64,000 nt of DNA from Orbicella franksi (taxonomy: Eukaryota). The notes under the pieces were generated by a model. That model saw nothing but the letters and a program-made list of their open reading frames with translations. It did no database searches and was not told where the DNA came from. The stretch is from contig OZ116703.1 of the NCBI GenBank assembly GCA_964199315.1, positions 19,406,001 through 19,470,000 of the forward strand, given 5' to 3'. A program made the translations under genes and the position numbers. Within the stretch, counting starts at the first letter, position 1, and each line of letters begins with the position of its first letter. Shown here piece after piece: positions 60,492 to 64,000 of this stretch.

Positions 60492-62907
60492 TTATTCTGA
60501 GTTCATATATATCCTCATATTTCTCTCCCAGTTCTTCTCTTTCTTTTCTTTGGCTAGCTTTTCCCATCTTCTCATTTTCTTACTACCAGTAACTTCTTTC
60601 TTTTCTCCCTCTTTGGTCAGAACTTTTCTTCTCTTCACAGCACTGTGATCATTTGGACCGAAGTGTGTAACTCTTGCTTGTTGACTTCCCTTGCTTCCAA
60701 GCCCCAACCGATCTCTCTTAAGGACTGTCTTAACTGGGTATTTCCGTCCCACTCCATCTGGACCTAAACCTATGATGAAAGGAAAAATGTCTGGTCTAAG
60801 TGATAATCGCAAAAGGTGAGACTGATTAGGGTCAAATTAAATTGTAATCATTTGGGGCTACCGTTGTACGGAATTACAGTCGTTTCGTCCCAGGTCTGTT
60901 TCGCCCCAAGTCGTTTCACTCCAACTCAAAGTCATTTCGCCCGAAGTTCTTTCAAACGATTTAGAAAGCAATAAATGGTTAACTTGACCAAAACAAGCAC
61001 TGTTGAGACCCCTTCTCATCTTCCCGACGACATCATTGAATACTATGCACATTACATGCAAACATCTTGCGCACTTGATCCCAACATCGATCAACGGACT
61101 TTGTTTGACTTTGTTGCTGTGAGAGTGCAACAACACTTCTGATCTATGTGCGTAATCAAACAAATACATTTAGACTCAATGGCACTTTAACCACATTAAT
61201 GTTTAATAAAAAGGTTTAAATGGCATTTGATACTCTACAGGTAACAGGCATGGAAGGTTTATTACATGTAAGTTTTACAAATACGATCAGCCATCGATCA
61301 ACCGGCACATCATCAACATGGCGTGGGTGGTAAAGAGGGATTGGGGAGAGTGAAATGAACAATTTAAAATGTCACTAACGACCTCATCTTACAAAGGTGA
61401 CATTTTATTTCTCTAGTAATTTGTAAATACATTTCAAGTTACTTTAAACGAAACGACTTTAAAGTTGGGGCGAAAAGACTTTAAGTTGGGGCGAAACAAC
61501 TTTGAGGTGGGGCGAAACGACTTTGAGTTGGGGCGAAACGACCTGGGGCGAAACAGACTTAGGGCAAAATGACCTGTTTCCATTGTATGTAAGCACCTCC
61601 TAACTATCCACATATAAACAGACCATTGCAACACGGTCCAGACTCCAAAACATCTCTTCCCAGTAACCATTATTTTTTATTTATACTTCATGTGGCTTAT
61701 CACATGCTGAAAAATGTGCTGTTAGATCTGACTAAGGCTATGTTCACACTTAGTCCTTGAGCATGGTGCCCAAGTATGATTCTCACTGGATACTAACCTT
61801 TTTTCCAAGTACTCACACTAGAATTTGGACACAGTGCATATGGTACTTGGATGCTTGGAGTACCAGTGTCTGAATGCAACACTATTTTGCGCTGGTGCCC
61901 GGGCACCAGTACTTGAGCACCAAGTGTGAGCAAAGCCCAAGACGTCAACTTTGGAAGAATTAAATCTGCCAAACTAATGCTCTTTTTGTTCAAAAACTAC
62001 CATTTGCAAAAACAAATCGTCACCAACCTTGGTCTTCATTCCAACCAGACTTTAACATCATTTGATAACCAACATTGCCTTCTGGTATATAGTAAAATGT
62101 TCTTTGAGGCTTGCGCTGTATGTTAAACAAGTGCACGGTTGAACCCTCATGTATCTTCATACCATCTGTAAACTCTTGCTCACATATAGAACACCAGAAT
62201 TTTGTCTTATTGTTTTTGGAAGGGCATGATTCTTTGCGGATTTTGTTGTGTTTGGATTTAGCCTGACCACTGAAGGATTTAAGAAGTTCTACCACATCAA
62301 AGTGGCCAGCAAGTTTAGCCAGGTCTAATGCTGTTCTTCCCTGTAAATCCTTGTGACGTCTCCACAAAGCTCCTTTCTCCAACAAATATCTAACAATGTG
62401 AATCTGGCCATCATGCGAAGCGCACATCAAGGCAGTCCAGGAATATTGGTCACACACATTGATATCTATACTACTATTATCCGATAGGAGTTCTTGGACT
62501 TGTCTTAAATTTCCTTCCTGAGCATTTTTCAAAAACTTGTTCACTAACCTGTGATTCGGGGAGGAAGGTACAGGCAGTTTCTGAGATCTTGATCTAATTC
62601 TAAGACGAGGTTTTGTCGTGTTCAAATCACCTACAGTTTGAGTTGATGAACTATCAAAGGTATTCAGTTTGTCACTTCTCCTCTTCTTTGAATTATCTTG
62701 TTCTCCAGTATGGGTCTTTAAAGCGAAAGTACGTTGCATATCAGAACTAGGTGAAGACAGGACGGTTTCATAAAATGTTTTGGCTTCCTCGCCCGACATG
62801 TTTCCATGTCGATCGCAGTTTGTTTTTCCCTTCTTTGAGTTGAATATAACATCCTTGCCTTCTTTCGGCGAGACAAACCTCTGTAAAAAATAAGATGGAC
62901 GGTACAT
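60492..62907 (-). CDS. GPANK1: G-patch domain and ankyrin repeat protein 1, 385 aa, 2 exons (62028-62907, 60492-60769)
   Basis: GEEAKTFYETVL, ankyrin repeats (DQYSWTALMCASHDG; GRTALDLAKLAGH), CSIC..H..STVHLF zinc-finger-like segment, and a G-patch split by the intron (NVGYQMMLKSGWNEDQG|LGPDGVGRKYPVKTVLKRDRLGLG). Confidence 0.93.
60866..61585. mobile_element. TIR element with subterminal 21-22-bp tandem repeats in the GPANK1 intron
   Basis: 60866-60942 pairs with 61510-61585 (gtctgtttcgcccca.gtcgtttc.c.ccaactcaaagtc.tttcgccc). Tandem ggggcgaaacgactttgagtt units at ~61464-61553. Confidence 0.75.
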
Positions 62908-63330
62908 TTCTCTAAGTCTTACTAATGAGCATCAGTAGCGTTTCCTGAACGAAACAAAAGAGCCGGTTTGCTCTGCAACGGCACCATGTACCACGACGAT
63001 TTGTCCGCCATCTTGCGTGACGTCGCAAACGTCATCAAATTGGTTCCCAAGCTAAACGGAAGCATCTACGAATGTTTGAGAAGCGTATGTTGGCTTCGAT
63101 ATTCCGGTTTTAAATCCACGCATTTGGGACTATTTTCACCCGAAGGATAAAAGAGTGAACATCTTTTAACAACTGTGAAAGGCCTAGTGATGCGGAGAAA
63201 TTTGTCTGAATCATTTGATATTCCAGCAGATTGATTTTGGGTCGATTCTACCTACGTCATTGCGCAGTCTGTCTAAACGAGACAGCAAACACAGTGATAT
63301 ATTCGTGTCGATAGCGCACATACAGACAGC
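62908..63330. promoter_or_regulatory. Putative bidirectional promoter GPANK1/MOSMO
   Basis: Divergent ATGs are 424 bp apart. YY1-type ccgccatctt at 63005-63014 lies next to CRE-like tgacgtcg at 63018; CpG-rich relative to flanks. Confidence 0.65.
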
Positions 63331-63433
63331 ATGGATAAATTTGTAATTGTTGGGGGATTTTTATGTTTTGCGGCCGATGTATTCGCCATAGCGTCGTTGG
63401 CAACTCCAGAATGGGTTGTGATGGACTTTGCTG
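63331..63433 (+). CDS. MOSMO: First coding exon of modulator of smoothened (C16orf52-like tetraspan protein); the rest of the gene is not seen in the window
   Basis: MDKFVIVGGFLCFAADVFAIASLATPEWVVMDFAG aligns by eye with the MOSMO N-terminus (MDKLTIISGCLFLAADIFAIASIANPDW). Followed by a canonical donor G|gtgagt. Not in the ORF track. Confidence 0.85.
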
Positions 63434-64000
63434 GTGAGTTTCTACGTGTAATTATTGGCTCAAAATTAAGCTCATTTATGGGCAGAATAAGCTAAGTTTA
63501 ATGTAGTAATTGGATAAGTTGTAAGATTTTAAACAAGTGTGTACCCTTTTCATTTGTGATTAATTTCACAATTTACCAAGCATTCACTTTAATGACTGAA
63601 AGCTTACTAGGAGGTAAACTGATTCTGGGAAATTGTAGGCTTCCTTCAAGCCTCTTCTCATGGCGCCAACAGTTTTCATCTTGAGATTGCTATGCAACTG
63701 ACCGTGCACGTTTGGCAACTTTCCGAGTACTCTTGAGTACCCATATAATACAGTGCAATCCTGATATTCCAAACCCTTGATTTTTCGAAGTTCTCGATTC
63801 TTCGAACAAGACCTGAAATCAATGAACATTGATGAAAATCGTTCATCTGAAAACAAATTGATCAATCAATGTCAATCAATGGATTTATGTGTTATTGACC
63901 AAGTGCAAGGTCAAGATGGCAGGATATTGGCCATGTTCTTTCTTTGCTTGTTTGTGGATAGAGATGGTGCTTGGTCAATGATGGGTTTATTAAATGGGAT

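Noticed and set aside
61464-61553. Short ~21-bp direct repeats resembling a CRISPR array
   Set aside because: Units are directly adjacent with no unique spacers, there are no cas genes, and they lie in a eukaryotic intron inside a TIR element.

Overview
Eukaryotic, AT-rich, intron- and repeat-rich animal DNA. The repeat families and gene content suggest an anthozoan/stony coral (inference). No prokaryotic-type systems, rRNA, true tRNA genes or CRISPR arrays were seen. Genes in order: an intronless class A GPCR (+), an intronless 286-aa uncharacterised ORF (+), a complete 28-exon ABCA5-like transporter (-, about 1727 aa, reconstructed by hand with consistent intron phases and one GC-AG intron), LYRM7 (-) head-to-head with an intronless fungal-type CWC2 splicing factor (+), DXO decapping nuclease (+), and GPANK1 (-) head-to-head with exon 1 of MOSMO (+). 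The rest is MITEs (PIF/Harbinger-like, Tc1/mariner-like and others), tRNA-derived SINEs, L1/Tx1 and L2 LINE 3' fragments, a probable solo LTR nested in a MITE, and many local tandem duplications. The most interesting signals are: an animal CWC2 (vertebrates use RBM22 instead), adjacency of two human MHC class III genes (DXO and GPANK1), a duplicated intact 3' splice site in LYRM7, inverted repeats flanking a single frame-shifting ABCA exon, a triplicated ~626-bp unit in front of the GPCR, and a (TTA)n-punctuated nest of retroelement ends. All homology calls are from recognition by eye, not database searches.
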